Shown here: piece by piece, positions 17,543-26,910 of the stretch
How the letters are laid out: each line of letters opens with the position of its first letter
How positions within the stretch are numbered: the first letter of the stretch is position 1
Program-made: the position numbers and the translations under genes
NCBI GenBank assembly: GCA_046497085.1
Contig: JAWOGG010000191.1
Location: 1 to 37,325 of the forward strand
Direction: 5' to 3'
DNA: 37,325 nucleotides
From: Orrella sp.
Lineage (GTDB): Bacteria; Pseudomonadota; Gammaproteobacteria; Burkholderiales; Burkholderiaceae_B
Notes under the pieces: generated by a model
Told to the model about the DNA's origin: nothing
What the model saw: the letters and a program-made list of their open reading frames with translations, nothing else
The model's database searches: none

Positions 17543-18289
17543 TCACGGTTGGGTGGTATTTGGTTGCTCAGGGTAGCGCTCAGGATTTAGCTCGCGCATT
17601 TGTTCGTCTATCCATGCCGCCACTTTGTCATTGAGTGCCTCAGGTGACAAACCATCGGGTGCGATAGGAGCGCCAATGCGTACAGTAATCAATCCCGGTT
17701 TTTTGGTAAAGGAGTGCCGCGGCCAGCATTCGCCTGCGTTATGCGCGATTGGAATGATCGGGCTGTTGGTGCGGCCTGACAACAAAGCACCACCCATCTT
17801 AAAGCGTCCCATCTTACCCGGGGCGATACGCGTGCCTTCGGGAAATAAGATTGGCCAGCGTCCTGCATCCAAGCGCTGCTGACCGATTTGCACCACTTGT
17901 TCAAAGGCCTCTTTGCCTTTTGCGCGGTCAATTGGGATCATTTTTAATAAAGCCAAACCCCAACCAAAAAATGGAATCCGGTGGAGTTCTCGTTTGTAGA
18001 CAAAGCACACTTCGCGGGGTAGGTGACTCGGTAAAAACAAAGTCTCCCAGGCCGATTGATGCTTGGCTAACACCACGGCGGGGCCGTCGGGGAAGTTCTC
18101 AGCGCCCTCAACGCGCCAGCGCAAACCACAGAACCAGCGTGCTCCCCAAATAGCCAACCGAGGCCAGCCCATCGTTATCTGATAGCGCCAGTGCAATGGA
18201 AGTGGCGCACACGCGATGCATAGGAACGCATAGGGAATAACGGTAACGGTTAAAAAAAGGTAGTAGAGCGTTGCTCTGATGACAGCCAT
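17543..18289 (-). CDS. plsC: 1-acyl-sn-glycerol-3-phosphate acyltransferase (lysophospholipid acyltransferase)
   Basis: KHQSAWET (HX4E variant of HX4D), IPIDR, FPEGTR. Confidence 0.88.
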   Translation of the reverse strand: MAVIRATLYYLFLTVTVIPYAFLCIACAPLPLHWRYQITMGWPRLAIWGARWFCGLRWRVEGAENFPDGPAVVLAKHQSAWETLFLPSHLPREVCFVYKRELHRIPFFGWGLALLKMIPIDRAKGKEAFEQVVQIGQQRLDAGRWPILFPEGTRIAPGKMGRFKMGGALLSGRTNSPIIPIAHNAGECWPRHSFTKKPGLITVRIGAPIAPDGLSPEALNDKVAAWIDEQMRELNPERYPEQPNTTQP

Positions 18290-18837
18290 TATGTGTTCTC
18301 AGTCTGTGCAAGCAGTTTATCGGCCACTTCGGCCAGATTTTTTGCCACGTGAGTGCCAGCGGGTAGATTTGGTTGCTGGACGGTTTTGGAGCCGTTACCA
18401 GTGAGCACTAACCATGGTTGACAGCCAGCTGCGGCTGACGCTTGCAGGTCACGCAGAGAGTCGCCCACCGCGGGCACGCCTTCGAGCGTGGTGTCAAATC
18501 GTTTGGCGATATCCTCAAACAGTCCCGTGTCCGGTTTACGACAACGACAGGCATCGTCTGGCCCGTGTGGGCAAACAAAAAAGGCATCAATAGCACCGCC
18601 TAAAGGTGCCAGTAGGGTTAGGCACTTTTGATGCATGGCGTGTAATGTCGCGGCATCAAAATAGCCGCGAGCCAATCCGGATTGATTGCTGGCCACAGCG
18701 ATTTTCCAGCCGGCTTGATGCAGGCGTGCAATCGCAGCCAAGCTGCCCTCAATCGGGTGCCACTCATCAGGGTGCTTGACGTAATCATCACTGTCTATGT
18801 TGATGACACCGTCGCGATCAAGGATGATCAGTTTCAC
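18289..18837 (-). CDS. gmhB: D-glycero-beta-D-manno-heptose 1,7-bisphosphate 7-phosphatase
   Basis: LDRDGVIN, NQSG, CPH...CRCRKP zinc motif, VGDSLRD. Confidence 0.94.
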   Translation of the reverse strand: MKLIILDRDGVINIDSDDYVKHPDEWHPIEGSLAAIARLHQAGWKIAVASNQSGLARGYFDAATLHAMHQKCLTLLAPLGGAIDAFFVCPHGPDDACRCRKPDTGLFEDIAKRFDTTLEGVPAVGDSLRDLQASAAAGCQPWLVLTGNGSKTVQQPNLPAGTHVAKNLAEVADKLLAQTENT

Positions 18838-20978
18838 GTGGCTAGCCTGGAGATGTCAGCCACTTGATTCATCAAGTGATGTAAGTTTGATAATAACGAC
18901 AGTCGTTGACGCCTAACCGCAGGGTCCTCGGCCATGACCATGACCTCGTCAAAAAATCGATCAACGGGATCTTTGAGTGTCGCTAAGGTGTCGAGTGCTT
19001 CTTGATAGTGTGCCTGAGCCATGTGTTGCGTCACCTGTGGAGTGACGGCCTCGATCTGTTGCAACAGAGTCTTTTCCGCGTCATCGGTTAGTGCGGCGGC
19101 ATTGAGCTCGCTTGACACGTCATCGGCTTTCTTTAGCAGGTTACCAATGCGCTTGTTGGCAGCAGCCAAACTCGGGGCTTCAGGTGTCTGCATGAAGGCT
19201 TGAGCCGCTTGAACCCGAGCAACGATTTGATGCAAAGGCGGATTAAGAGCAAACACGGCATCTACAGCCTCGCGGGCTTGCTGTCCTAGCAGTTGGTTGC
19301 GATAGCGTTCACGCACGAACTGCGCCACGTTCGGGGTAGTGTCATCAGCCAAGTCAAGGCTGTCATCAAAGGTTTCTCGTGCCGCCGTGAGCAATGCCTC
19401 TAGACTCAGGGCATGTTGACTTGCCAAGGGCAGTTGACCACCCTCACGCAATTGCTCGAACGCGCTGATCAATCCGAGGGCGGCGCGGCGAAGTCCAAAA
19501 GGGTCGCGCTCGCCGGTAGGCGCGAGTCCAATGCCCCAGATGCCGATGAGTGTTTCCGCGCGTTCAGCCATGAATAGAATCACGCCAGCCAAACTGCTCC
19601 CATTGACCGGTAGCGGCCAACGGATTTGGTACTGATTTTCAATGGCATGAACGACCTCTGGCGATTCGCAGTCGGCCCGAGCGTAGTAGCTGCCTATGAT
19701 GCCTTGCAGTTCGGGAAACTCACCCACCATTTGAGTGGTTAAGTCAGCTTTTGCCAATAAGGCGGCACGGTCGCTGTGTGTGCCATCGACACCTAAAGCC
19801 CCTGCTAGCCATTGCGCGATTTGACGAATACGCTCGATGCGCACCCGTTGGGTGCCGAGCTTGTTGTGATAGACGATGCTGTCTAGCGCGGCGACTCGCT
19901 CACTGAGCGGCTGTTTCTTGTCAGTCAGGTAGAAAAACTCGGCATCGGCCAAACGTGGTCGAATGACGCGTTCATTCCCGGAGATGATGGCAGAGGGGTC
20001 AGCGATGGGCATATTGCTGACAATCAGAAACTGGTGAGTCAGGCGGCCGCTCTGCGGGTCAAAAAGAGGGAAATATTTTTGATTCAGACGCATGGTCAAA
20101 ATCAAGCATTCTTGCGGTACCGCTAAAAAACGTGGCTCAAATTCACCGACATAGACAGCTGGTGCCTCAACCAAAGCGGTGACTTCGTCCAATAAGGCTT
20201 CCACTGCGGGGTCTTCACCCAGAGTGGCGCCGAGTTCGGCGGCTTTGGTCACCAGGTTGGCTTCAATCCCTGCCCGCCTAATCTGAAAACTCGCGGTGAC
20301 GCGGCCTTGTTCCGCGATTTCAGTTTCGTAGCTGTCAGCAGAGGTCAGTGCCACCGGCTCAGTGCAGAGGAAGCGATGACCGTCGGTCAGACGGCGTGAC
20401 TGAAGTCCAAGGATATTCGCATCAATCAGACTTTCACCGTGCAAGACCACCAAGCCATGGGCTGGTCTGACAAAGCTAACCGTGGTTTGGCCGTCTGCTA
20501 ATTGATAGCGCATGACTTTGGGAATAGGCAGGGCTTGGATAGCGGCGGCAAGAGCGGCTTCAATCGCTGAGGACAACAAGGCGCCCCGGGCAGTGCCTTT
20601 GGCGATGAGATAGGGCTGCTTACCATCATCGATGGTTTCGAGCTGATCTACGCTGAGGTGGTCTAAGCCCTTGGCCGCCAGTTTTTTGATAAGCGCAGGG
20701 GTGGCCTGTCCGGCCTCGTCTAGTCCGACCTTTGCAGGCATTAGTTTTTCTGTAAATGACTGGTCTGGCGCCTGATCTTTGACGTGACTGATGTGCACGG
20801 CCAGTCGTCGTGGTGTGGTCAGCGGCGTTATCGTGCTTTCTGCAGAAAGCAGCTGTTTGTCAGACAAATACTGGGCCAGGGTTTGGGCAAAGGTCTCACC
20901 CAGACGTTTTAACGCCTTGGGGGGGAGTTCTTCGGTCAACAGCTCAACGAGTAGGGAGGCCGTTTGGTTGGTCGTCAT
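18834..20978 (-). CDS. glyS: Glycine--tRNA ligase beta subunit
   Basis: [55 protein letters not shown]-terminal DALR-like domain. Confidence 0.97.
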   Translation of the reverse strand: MTTNQTASLLVELLTEELPPKALKRLGETFAQTLAQYLSDKQLLSAESTITPLTTPRRLAVHISHVKDQAPDQSFTEKLMPAKVGLDEAGQATPALIKKLAAKGLDHLSVDQLETIDDGKQPYLIAKGTARGALLSSAIEAALAAAIQALPIPKVMRYQLADGQTTVSFVRPAHGLVVLHGESLIDANILGLQSRRLTDGHRFLCTEPVALTSADSYETEIAEQGRVTASFQIRRAGIEANLVTKAAELGATLGEDPAVEALLDEVTALVEAPAVYVGEFEPRFLAVPQECLILTMRLNQKYFPLFDPQSGRLTHQFLIVSNMPIADPSAIISGNERVIRPRLADAEFFYLTDKKQPLSERVAALDSIVYHNKLGTQRVRIERIRQIAQWLAGALGVDGTHSDRAALLAKADLTTQMVGEFPELQGIIGSYYARADCESPEVVHAIENQYQIRWPLPVNGSSLAGVILFMAERAETLIGIWGIGLAPTGERDPFGLRRAALGLISAFEQLREGGQLPLASQHALSLEALLTAARETFDDSLDLADDTTPNVAQFVRERYRNQLLGQQAREAVDAVFALNPPLHQIVARVQAAQAFMQTPEAPSLAAANKRIGNLLKKADDVSSELNAAALTDDAEKTLLQQIEAVTPQVTQHMAQAHYQEALDTLATLKDPVDRFFDEVMVMAEDPAVRRQRLSLLSNLHHLMNQVADISRLAT

Positions 20979-21889
20979 TCAGGGCTCCCGGTGGTTGCTG
21001 TTTGCGTGTCAGTAAGCATGGGGAAACCCAAGGCTTCTCGCGAATCATAGAAGGCTTGTGCCACGGCTCTGGATAAATGACGAATGCGGCCAATGTAGGC
21101 GGCTCGCTCGGTCACGCTAATGGCTCCTCGGGCATCCAATAAATTAAAAGTGTGCGCCGCTTTTAGTGTGGCTTCGTAAGCGGGCAAGGCCAATGGCACC
21201 TCGATAAGCTGTTTGGCTTGAGCTTCGTAATCATCGAAATGGCCAAATAACACGGCCGCGTTGGCGTACTCAAAATTGTAAGTCGATTGTTCCACCTCAT
21301 TCTGATGAAACACGTCACGGTAGGTCAGGGTTCTGCCAGCGCTTTCAGTCCAGATGAGGTCGTAGACACTTTCAACGCCCTGCAGATACATGGCTAAACG
21401 TTCTAGACCATAGGTGATCTCACCCGTGGTGGGTGTGCAGTCTAGGCCACCCACTTGCTGAAAATAAGTAAATTGCGTGACCTCCATGCCATTGAGCCAA
21501 ACTTCCCAGCCCAAGCCCCAGGCACCAAGTGTTGGATTCTCCCAGTCGTCTTCCACAAAACGGATGTCATGCTCGGTTGGATCGATGCCAATGGCCTTCA
21601 GAGAACCAATATACAAATCGATGATGTCAGGTGGTGACGGTTTGAGTACGACTTGGTACTGATAGTAGTGCTGCAAACGATTCGGGTTCTCACCGTAGCG
21701 GCCGTCGTTAGGACGGCGTGAAGGTTGCACGTAAGCCGCACGCCATGGCTCAGGCCCAATGGCTCTCAGGAACGTGGCGGTGTGCGAGGTGCCTGCACCG
21801 ACCTCCATGTCATAGGGCTGAAGTAGGGCGCATCCTTGCTGATCCCAATATTGCTGGAGACGAAGAATGATTTGCTGAAAAGTAAGCAT
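20975..21889 (-). CDS. glyQ: Glycine--tRNA ligase alpha subunit
   Basis: [46 protein letters not shown]. Confidence 0.98.
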   Translation of the reverse strand: MLTFQQIILRLQQYWDQQGCALLQPYDMEVGAGTSHTATFLRAIGPEPWRAAYVQPSRRPNDGRYGENPNRLQHYYQYQVVLKPSPPDIIDLYIGSLKAIGIDPTEHDIRFVEDDWENPTLGAWGLGWEVWLNGMEVTQFTYFQQVGGLDCTPTTGEITYGLERLAMYLQGVESVYDLIWTESAGRTLTYRDVFHQNEVEQSTYNFEYANAAVLFGHFDDYEAQAKQLIEVPLALPAYEATLKAAHTFNLLDARGAISVTERAAYIGRIRHLSRAVAQAFYDSREALGFPMLTDTQTATTGSPE

Positions 21890-21916
21890 AGGTGATGATT
21901 GCCGATTGTTCTTACT

Positions 21917-21955
21917 ACGTTAGCGCAACGTTATTGCGACGTTATCGATACGGTA
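21917..21955. repeat. Four direct repeats with exact 11-bp period (ACGTTA x3, ACGGTA)
   Basis: ACGTTA at 21917, 21928, 21939 and ACGGTA at 21950, in the glyQ upstream region. Confidence 0.8.
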
Positions 21956-22045
21956 GTGCTGCTCGATGACCAATGTGATCAGCATTTTAGCGCGACCAAG
22001 GGCTTGACTTGCGAGGTGCTTGGGTAAGGGGTCGTGAATCGCCTA

Positions 22046-22061
22046 TGATGACGGGTCATCA
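22046..22061. promoter_or_regulatory. Perfect palindrome TGATGAC-GG-GTCATCA, candidate repressor operator overlapping a TATGAT -10 hexamer
   Basis: 7-bp arms at 22046-22052 and 22055-22061; TATGAT at 22044-22049; ~35 bp upstream of the crotonase start. Confidence 0.55.
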
Positions 22062-22095
22062 GGCTAGATTTTGCCGCCACTGACCAAGGAAAAAA

Positions 22096-22863
22096 ATGAC
22101 CGATTGGGTAAAAACAGAGCAAGACGGATCTGTATTGACCATCCGTTTGAATCGTCCTCAGGCTCGTAATGCCGTTAATTATGACTGTGCAGTGGCCCTA
22201 GCCGAGGCTTTCAAGCAACTCGATAACGATGACTCAATCAGTCTAGGCATCTTAACGGGCGAGGGCGAGCATTTCAGCGCTGGGATGGATTTGAAAGATT
22301 TTGCGGCCTCGGGTCGCCGACCACGCGTTCCCGGCAAGGGGTTTGCTGGATTCACAGAAGAACCACCCACCAAACCGCTGATTGCCGCGGTTGAGGGTTA
22401 TGCGCTAGCCGGCGGTTTTGAAATGGTGTTGGCGTGCGATTTGATAGTGGCGGCAGAAAACGCCACATTTGGTTTGCCAGAGGTTAAGCGCGGGCTGATT
22501 GCGGGTGCAGGAGGGTTGTTGCGGCTACCAAAACACCTGCCCTTTCATGTGGCCATGGAGGCGGCACTCACTGGCGAGCACATTAGCGCCACCCGTTTGC
22601 ATGCTTTTGGGTTGATCAACATCCTCTCGGCACCCGGTCAAGCCTTATCGCAAGCCCAAGAATTGGCTCAAAAAATTGCGGCCAATGGCCCGCTGGCAGT
22701 CCGTTTAACCAAGCAAGTGGTCAGCGAGGGAGTGGATTGGCCGCAGGCTGAAATGTTTGCCCGACAAGCACCGTTCATGGAACAAATACTGGCCTCTGAG
22801 GATGCCAAAGAGGGGCCACGTGCCTTTGCAGAAAAGCGTGCGCCAGTGTGGCGTGGTAAGTGA
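22096..22863 (+). CDS. Enoyl-CoA hydratase / crotonase family protein
   Basis: LNRPQARNA, FSAGMDLK, GYALAGGFE, FGLPEVKRG (both catalytic Glu present); AAGGA RBS. Confidence 0.93.
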   Translation: MTDWVKTEQDGSVLTIRLNRPQARNAVNYDCAVALAEAFKQLDNDDSISLGILTGEGEHFSAGMDLKDFAASGRRPRVPGKGFAGFTEEPPTKPLIAAVEGYALAGGFEMVLACDLIVAAENATFGLPEVKRGLIAGAGGLLRLPKHLPFHVAMEAALTGEHISATRLHAFGLINILSAPGQALSQAQELAQKIAANGPLAVRLTKQVVSEGVDWPQAEMFARQAPFMEQILASEDAKEGPRAFAEKRAPVWRGK

Positions 22864-22906
22864 ACTTGTGGTTTTGTTTTGTGACTTTTTATAAGAGGAC
22901 TTCAGC

Positions 22907-24427
22907 ATGACAGTCATTAAAGAAGAGGACCTGATTGAGTCGATCGCCGACGCGATTCAATTCATCAGCTACTACCACCCGGCCGATTACATCGCCCACT
23001 TGGCTAAAGCCTATGAGCGCGAGCAGAGTCCGGCAGCTAAAGATGCGATGGCGCAAATCCTGACCAACTCTAAGCTCTGCGCCGAGGGTCGTCGCCCCAT
23101 TTGCCAAGACACTGGGATTGTTAACGTTTTTCTCAAAATTGGCATGGACGTCCGGTTTGAGAGCAAACGCAGCCTTCAGGAAATCTGCGATGAAGGCGTT
23201 CGTCAGGGCTATCTCAATCCAGAAAACCCTTTACGCGCCTCTGTGATCGAAGACCCACTGTTTTCTCGTAAAAACACCAAAGACAACACCCCCTGTATTG
23301 TGGCAGTCGAGATGGTGCAGGGCAATACGGTTGATGTGCAAGTGGCCTCTAAGGGCGGCGGCTCAGAAAACAAGTCCAAGCTGGTGATGCTTAACCCAAG
23401 TGACTCGATCGTTGACTGGGTGCTTAAAACCGTTCCGACCATGGGTGCCGGTTGGTGTCCTCCAGGCATGCTCGGTCTAGGGGTTGGTGGCACAGCGGAA
23501 AAAGCGGCCTTGCTTGCCAAGCAGTCCCTGATGGAAGATTTGGACATGCACGAGTTATTGGCACGCGGTCCCAACACGCCATTGGAAGAGTTGCGTATTG
23601 AGATCTATGAAAAAGTGAATGCACTGGGCATCGGCGCACAAGGGCTTGGCGGCTTGACCACGGTTCTGGACGTCAAAATCAACACCTTCCCAACCCATGC
23701 GGCTTCAAAGCCAGTGGCAATGATCCCCAATTGTGCCGCCACGCGCCACGCGCATTTTGTGCTGGATGGCTCAGGCCCGGCGCACTTACAACGTCCTTCG
23801 CTATCGGATTGGCCCGATGTCAACTGGGCGCCTGATTACAAAGCGTCTTTACCTGTTGACCTCAACACCCTGACCAAAGAGCAAGTGGCGAGTTGGCAGC
23901 CCGGTCAGACCTTGCTCTTATCGGGCAAAATGTTGACCGGTCGTGACGCAGCACATAAGCGCATTCAGGACATGTTGGCCAAAGGCGAGAAGCCGCCAGT
24001 TGATTTCACCAATCGTATGATTTACTACGTCGGCCCGGTTGATCCAGTTGGCGATGAGGTGGTCGGTCCTGCTGGTCCCACCACGTCGACCCGGATGGAT
24101 AAATTCACCGACATGATGCTGGCTCAGACTGGTTTGATTGCCATGGTCGGTAAGGCTGAGCGTGGACCGGTTGCGATTGAATCCATTGCTAAGCACCAAT
24201 CGGCCTATTTGATGGCGGTGGGTGGTGCGGCTTACTTGGTATCCAAAGCCATCAAAGGCGCCAAGGTACTGGCCTTCGAGGATTTGGGTATGGAAGCGAT
24301 TTATGAATTTGATGTGGTTGACATGCCGGTGACGGTGGCGGTTGACGCCAAAGGCACCTCAGTGCATGAAACCGGCCCAAAGGAATGGGCCGGAAAGATC
24401 GCTGGTATCCCAGTGGTGACAGCCTAG
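22907..24427 (+). CDS. fumA: Class I (Fe-S) fumarate hydratase
   Basis: PICQDTG, KGGGSENKS, GWCPP, NCAATRH, GRDAAH, GPTTSTRM. Confidence 0.93.
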   Translation: MTVIKEEDLIESIADAIQFISYYHPADYIAHLAKAYEREQSPAAKDAMAQILTNSKLCAEGRRPICQDTGIVNVFLKIGMDVRFESKRSLQEICDEGVRQGYLNPENPLRASVIEDPLFSRKNTKDNTPCIVAVEMVQGNTVDVQVASKGGGSENKSKLVMLNPSDSIVDWVLKTVPTMGAGWCPPGMLGLGVGGTAEKAALLAKQSLMEDLDMHELLARGPNTPLEELRIEIYEKVNALGIGAQGLGGLTTVLDVKINTFPTHAASKPVAMIPNCAATRHAHFVLDGSGPAHLQRPSLSDWPDVNWAPDYKASLPVDLNTLTKEQVASWQPGQTLLLSGKMLTGRDAAHKRIQDMLAKGEKPPVDFTNRMIYYVGPVDPVGDEVVGPAGPTTSTRMDKFTDMMLAQTGLIAMVGKAERGPVAIESIAKHQSAYLMAVGGAAYLVSKAIKGAKVLAFEDLGMEAIYEFDVVDMPVTVAVDAKGTSVHETGPKEWAGKIAGIPVVTA

Positions 24428-24445
24428 TCGAGAGTTTGGTCGTCT

Positions 24446-25645
24446 CTAGTCGTCTTTAAGACCAAACTCACGCAAGATCTCTTCAGTATGCTCGCCAAGC
24501 CCTGGGGCATGGCGAGTGTACTGAATGGGTGTGTCGGAATAATTGATCGGATTGGCAGTGGTCGGCGATACGCCGGCCACAGGGTGTGGAACTTCGCGCC
24601 AGATCTGGCGAGATTTAACCTGAGGATGATCAAACACTTGATCAATTGATTGAATCGGTCCGCAAGGCACGCCAACCTTTTCTAAGTCACTGATCCACTC
24701 GTCTCTAGTACGAGTCAACATGATGTCCTCAAGCATGGGAATCAGCTCATCGCGATTGGTGATGCGGGTGGAATTGGTTAGGTACTTAGGGTCAGCTGCC
24801 AACTCTGGACGCCCAATCGCCTGACTGTAGCTACGGAACTGGGAATCATTGCCCACGGCCACAATCAAATAACCGTCCTTGGCTTCAAAAACTTGGTAAG
24901 GCACCACGTTCTGGTGGGCGTTGCCTGCCCGCGTGGGCGCGACACCAGAGGTCATGTAATTGAGGTTTTGATTGGCCAGCATGGCAATGTGACAATCTAA
25001 CAAGGCCAAGTCAATGAATTGCCCTAGGCCGCTGCGCTGACGTTCGTGAATCGCACCGGTAATAGCCAAGGCGGCATACAAACCCGTGATGACGTCGGTA
25101 ACCGCAACCCCAGCCTTTTGTGGGCCTGCGCCTGGCATACCATCACGTTCGCCCGTGATGCTCATCAGTCCACCCATGCCCTGGACCATGAAGTCATAGC
25201 CAGGTCGGTTGGCAAACGGGCCGTCTTGCCCAAAACCAGTGATCGAACAGTAAATCAACCCTGGTATTTCCGCTTTTAGACTCTCGTAATCTAGACCGTA
25301 TTTCTTCAGCCCGCCGACCTTGAAGTTCTCGATGAGCACATCACATTGGCTCGCCAGTTTACGCACCACAGCAGCACCTTCAGGCGTTGCCAAGTCAACG
25401 GCAATTGAACGTTTGTTGCGGTTTGTACTTAGGTAGTAGGCAGACTCCGTCGTGTCATTGCCCTGCTCATCACGCAAATAAGGTGGGCCCCAAGCCCGGG
25501 TATCGTCACCCGTGCCAGGCCTTTCAACTTTGATGACGTCAGCGCCAAGATCGGCTAGGTTCTGAGCACAGAAGGGACCCGCTAGAACGCGGGACAAATC
25601 GAGGACTCGCACGCCATCTAGTGGCGCGCGTCGGGATTGGGTCAT
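24446..25645 (-). CDS. Family III (CaiB/BaiF) CoA-transferase, succinyl-CoA:dicarboxylate type
   Basis: LDLSRVLAGP, LADLGADVIKVE, GDDTRAWGPP, NRNKRS, SITGFGQDGP, GYD, catalytic-Asp region VTDVITG. Confidence 0.92.
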   Translation of the reverse strand: MTQSRRAPLDGVRVLDLSRVLAGPFCAQNLADLGADVIKVERPGTGDDTRAWGPPYLRDEQGNDTTESAYYLSTNRNKRSIAVDLATPEGAAVVRKLASQCDVLIENFKVGGLKKYGLDYESLKAEIPGLIYCSITGFGQDGPFANRPGYDFMVQGMGGLMSITGERDGMPGAGPQKAGVAVTDVITGLYAALAITGAIHERQRSGLGQFIDLALLDCHIAMLANQNLNYMTSGVAPTRAGNAHQNVVPYQVFEAKDGYLIVAVGNDSQFRSYSQAIGRPELAADPKYLTNSTRITNRDELIPMLEDIMLTRTRDEWISDLEKVGVPCGPIQSIDQVFDHPQVKSRQIWREVPHPVAGVSPTTANPINYSDTPIQYTRHAPGLGEHTEEILREFGLKDD

Positions 25646-25689
25646 GCGATTTCCTGAAAAAAGGTAGCGGCGTTTGGCCGTCGTTAACG

Positions 25690-26604
25690 TTAAATAGGAT
25701 CCCAGTCGATGGCGTCGGGTGAGCGCTCAAGCGCCATGAAGTGGTGCTTCATGGCCGGTGCGGCGATCTCGGCAATAGCCTCCGGAGTCCAACCGGTGCT
25801 CATGTGCACCGAACGCACGGGGCGTGGCTGGCTAAACAACATGATCTCATTGGCGCGTACCGCAAAGATTTGCCCGTTGACCTCTTTGGCGGTGTCTGAG
25901 GCCAAAAAGACAGCCATGGGGGCGACTTTGCCGGCCTCCATCTTTTGTAGCTTAACAACGCGTGCTTTCTCTTCGTCAGTATTGGCCGGAATAGAACTGG
26001 TCATGCGACTCCAAGCGAAGGGAGCGATGCAGTTAGACCGGACATTGTGCCGATTCATGTCTAAAGCGATAGATTTTGATAAAGCAGCAATGCCAAGCTT
26101 GGCCGCCGAGTAGTTGGCCTGTCCAACGTTACCAATCAGCCCTGACGTTGAGGTCATGTGTACGAAAGCACCTGACTCTTGTTCTCGGAAATGATTGGCA
26201 GCGGCACGGCTGACATAAAACGTGCCGTTCAAATGCACATCAATCACTTGGCTCCACTCTTCATCACTCATTTTGTGGAACATGCGATCGCGTAGGTTGC
26301 CTGCATTGTTGACGACGATGTCAATGCGCCCAAAGTGCTCAATGGCGGTTTCAATGATGCCATTTGCGCTCTCGCGCGTCGACACGCTATCGGTGTTGGG
26401 GACGGCAACGCCACCCGCGGCTTTGATTTCTTCAGCCACATTTTGTGCCGGTGCTCCTGTCTGGCCTTCGCCTGACAATGCCGCGCCAATGTCGTTAACC
26501 ACCACTTTGGCCCCGGCTGCTCCCATGGCTAATGCGATTTCGCGCCCAATTCCCCCGCCGGAACCTGTGACGACCGCTACTTTTCCAGTCAACATTCCAC
26601 TCAT
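25690..26604 (-). CDS. SDR oxidoreductase (3-hydroxyacyl-CoA dehydrogenase-like)
   Basis: TGSGGGIG, NNAG.LRD, catalytic YSAAK, AWSRMT. Confidence 0.92.
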   Translation of the reverse strand: MSGMLTGKVAVVTGSGGGIGREIALAMGAAGAKVVVNDIGAALSGEGQTGAPAQNVAEEIKAAGGVAVPNTDSVSTRESANGIIETAIEHFGRIDIVVNNAGNLRDRMFHKMSDEEWSQVIDVHLNGTFYVSRAAANHFREQESGAFVHMTSTSGLIGNVGQANYSAAKLGIAALSKSIALDMNRHNVRSNCIAPFAWSRMTSSIPANTDEEKARVVKLQKMEAGKVAPMAVFLASDTAKEVNGQIFAVRANEIMLFSQPRPVRSVHMSTGWTPEAIAEIAAPAMKHHFMALERSPDAIDWDPI

Positions 26605-26694
26605 TTTTTTCTCCCAGCTTTTTTTGTCATTGCCAAATCACTATGCTAAACCCTAGCACATCGCCTAGGATAGTTGCGTTTTGAGAGGGATGTC

Positions 26695-26709
26695 TTCAGC
26701 AATAGTGAA
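26695..26709. promoter_or_regulatory. Candidate LysR-type binding site TTCA-N7-TGAA (T-N11-A)
   Basis: TTCAgcaatagTGAA in the 306-bp divergent intergenic region between the SDR and the acyl-CoA dehydrogenase. Confidence 0.4.
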
Positions 26710-26910
26710 TAATGCTTGTGGAGCGCAATGGCAACGCCCGCAGCAGTGTTAAAAATTTCGATAATCTAGACCACGATGGCCATAAGTTAAAGCGATTAAT
26801 TTGAGAGATCAAGTTGCCGATTTGACGGTCGCGAATCCTGCGTTCCAAAAAGACAGATTCCACGGCGGCTGTGCGACTTGGTACAGTTAAGGTAATAGGA
26901 GAGAAAAATC

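Noticed and set aside
21917-21955. CRISPR-like reading of the periodic repeats
   Set aside because: 6-bp repeats with 5-bp spacers are far too short, and there are no cas genes.
21890-22095. T-box, glycine riboswitch or Gly-rich leader peptide upstream of glyQS
   Set aside because: No T-box consensus, no recognisable glycine aptamer, and no ATG-initiated Gly-codon mini-ORF in the proximal leader.
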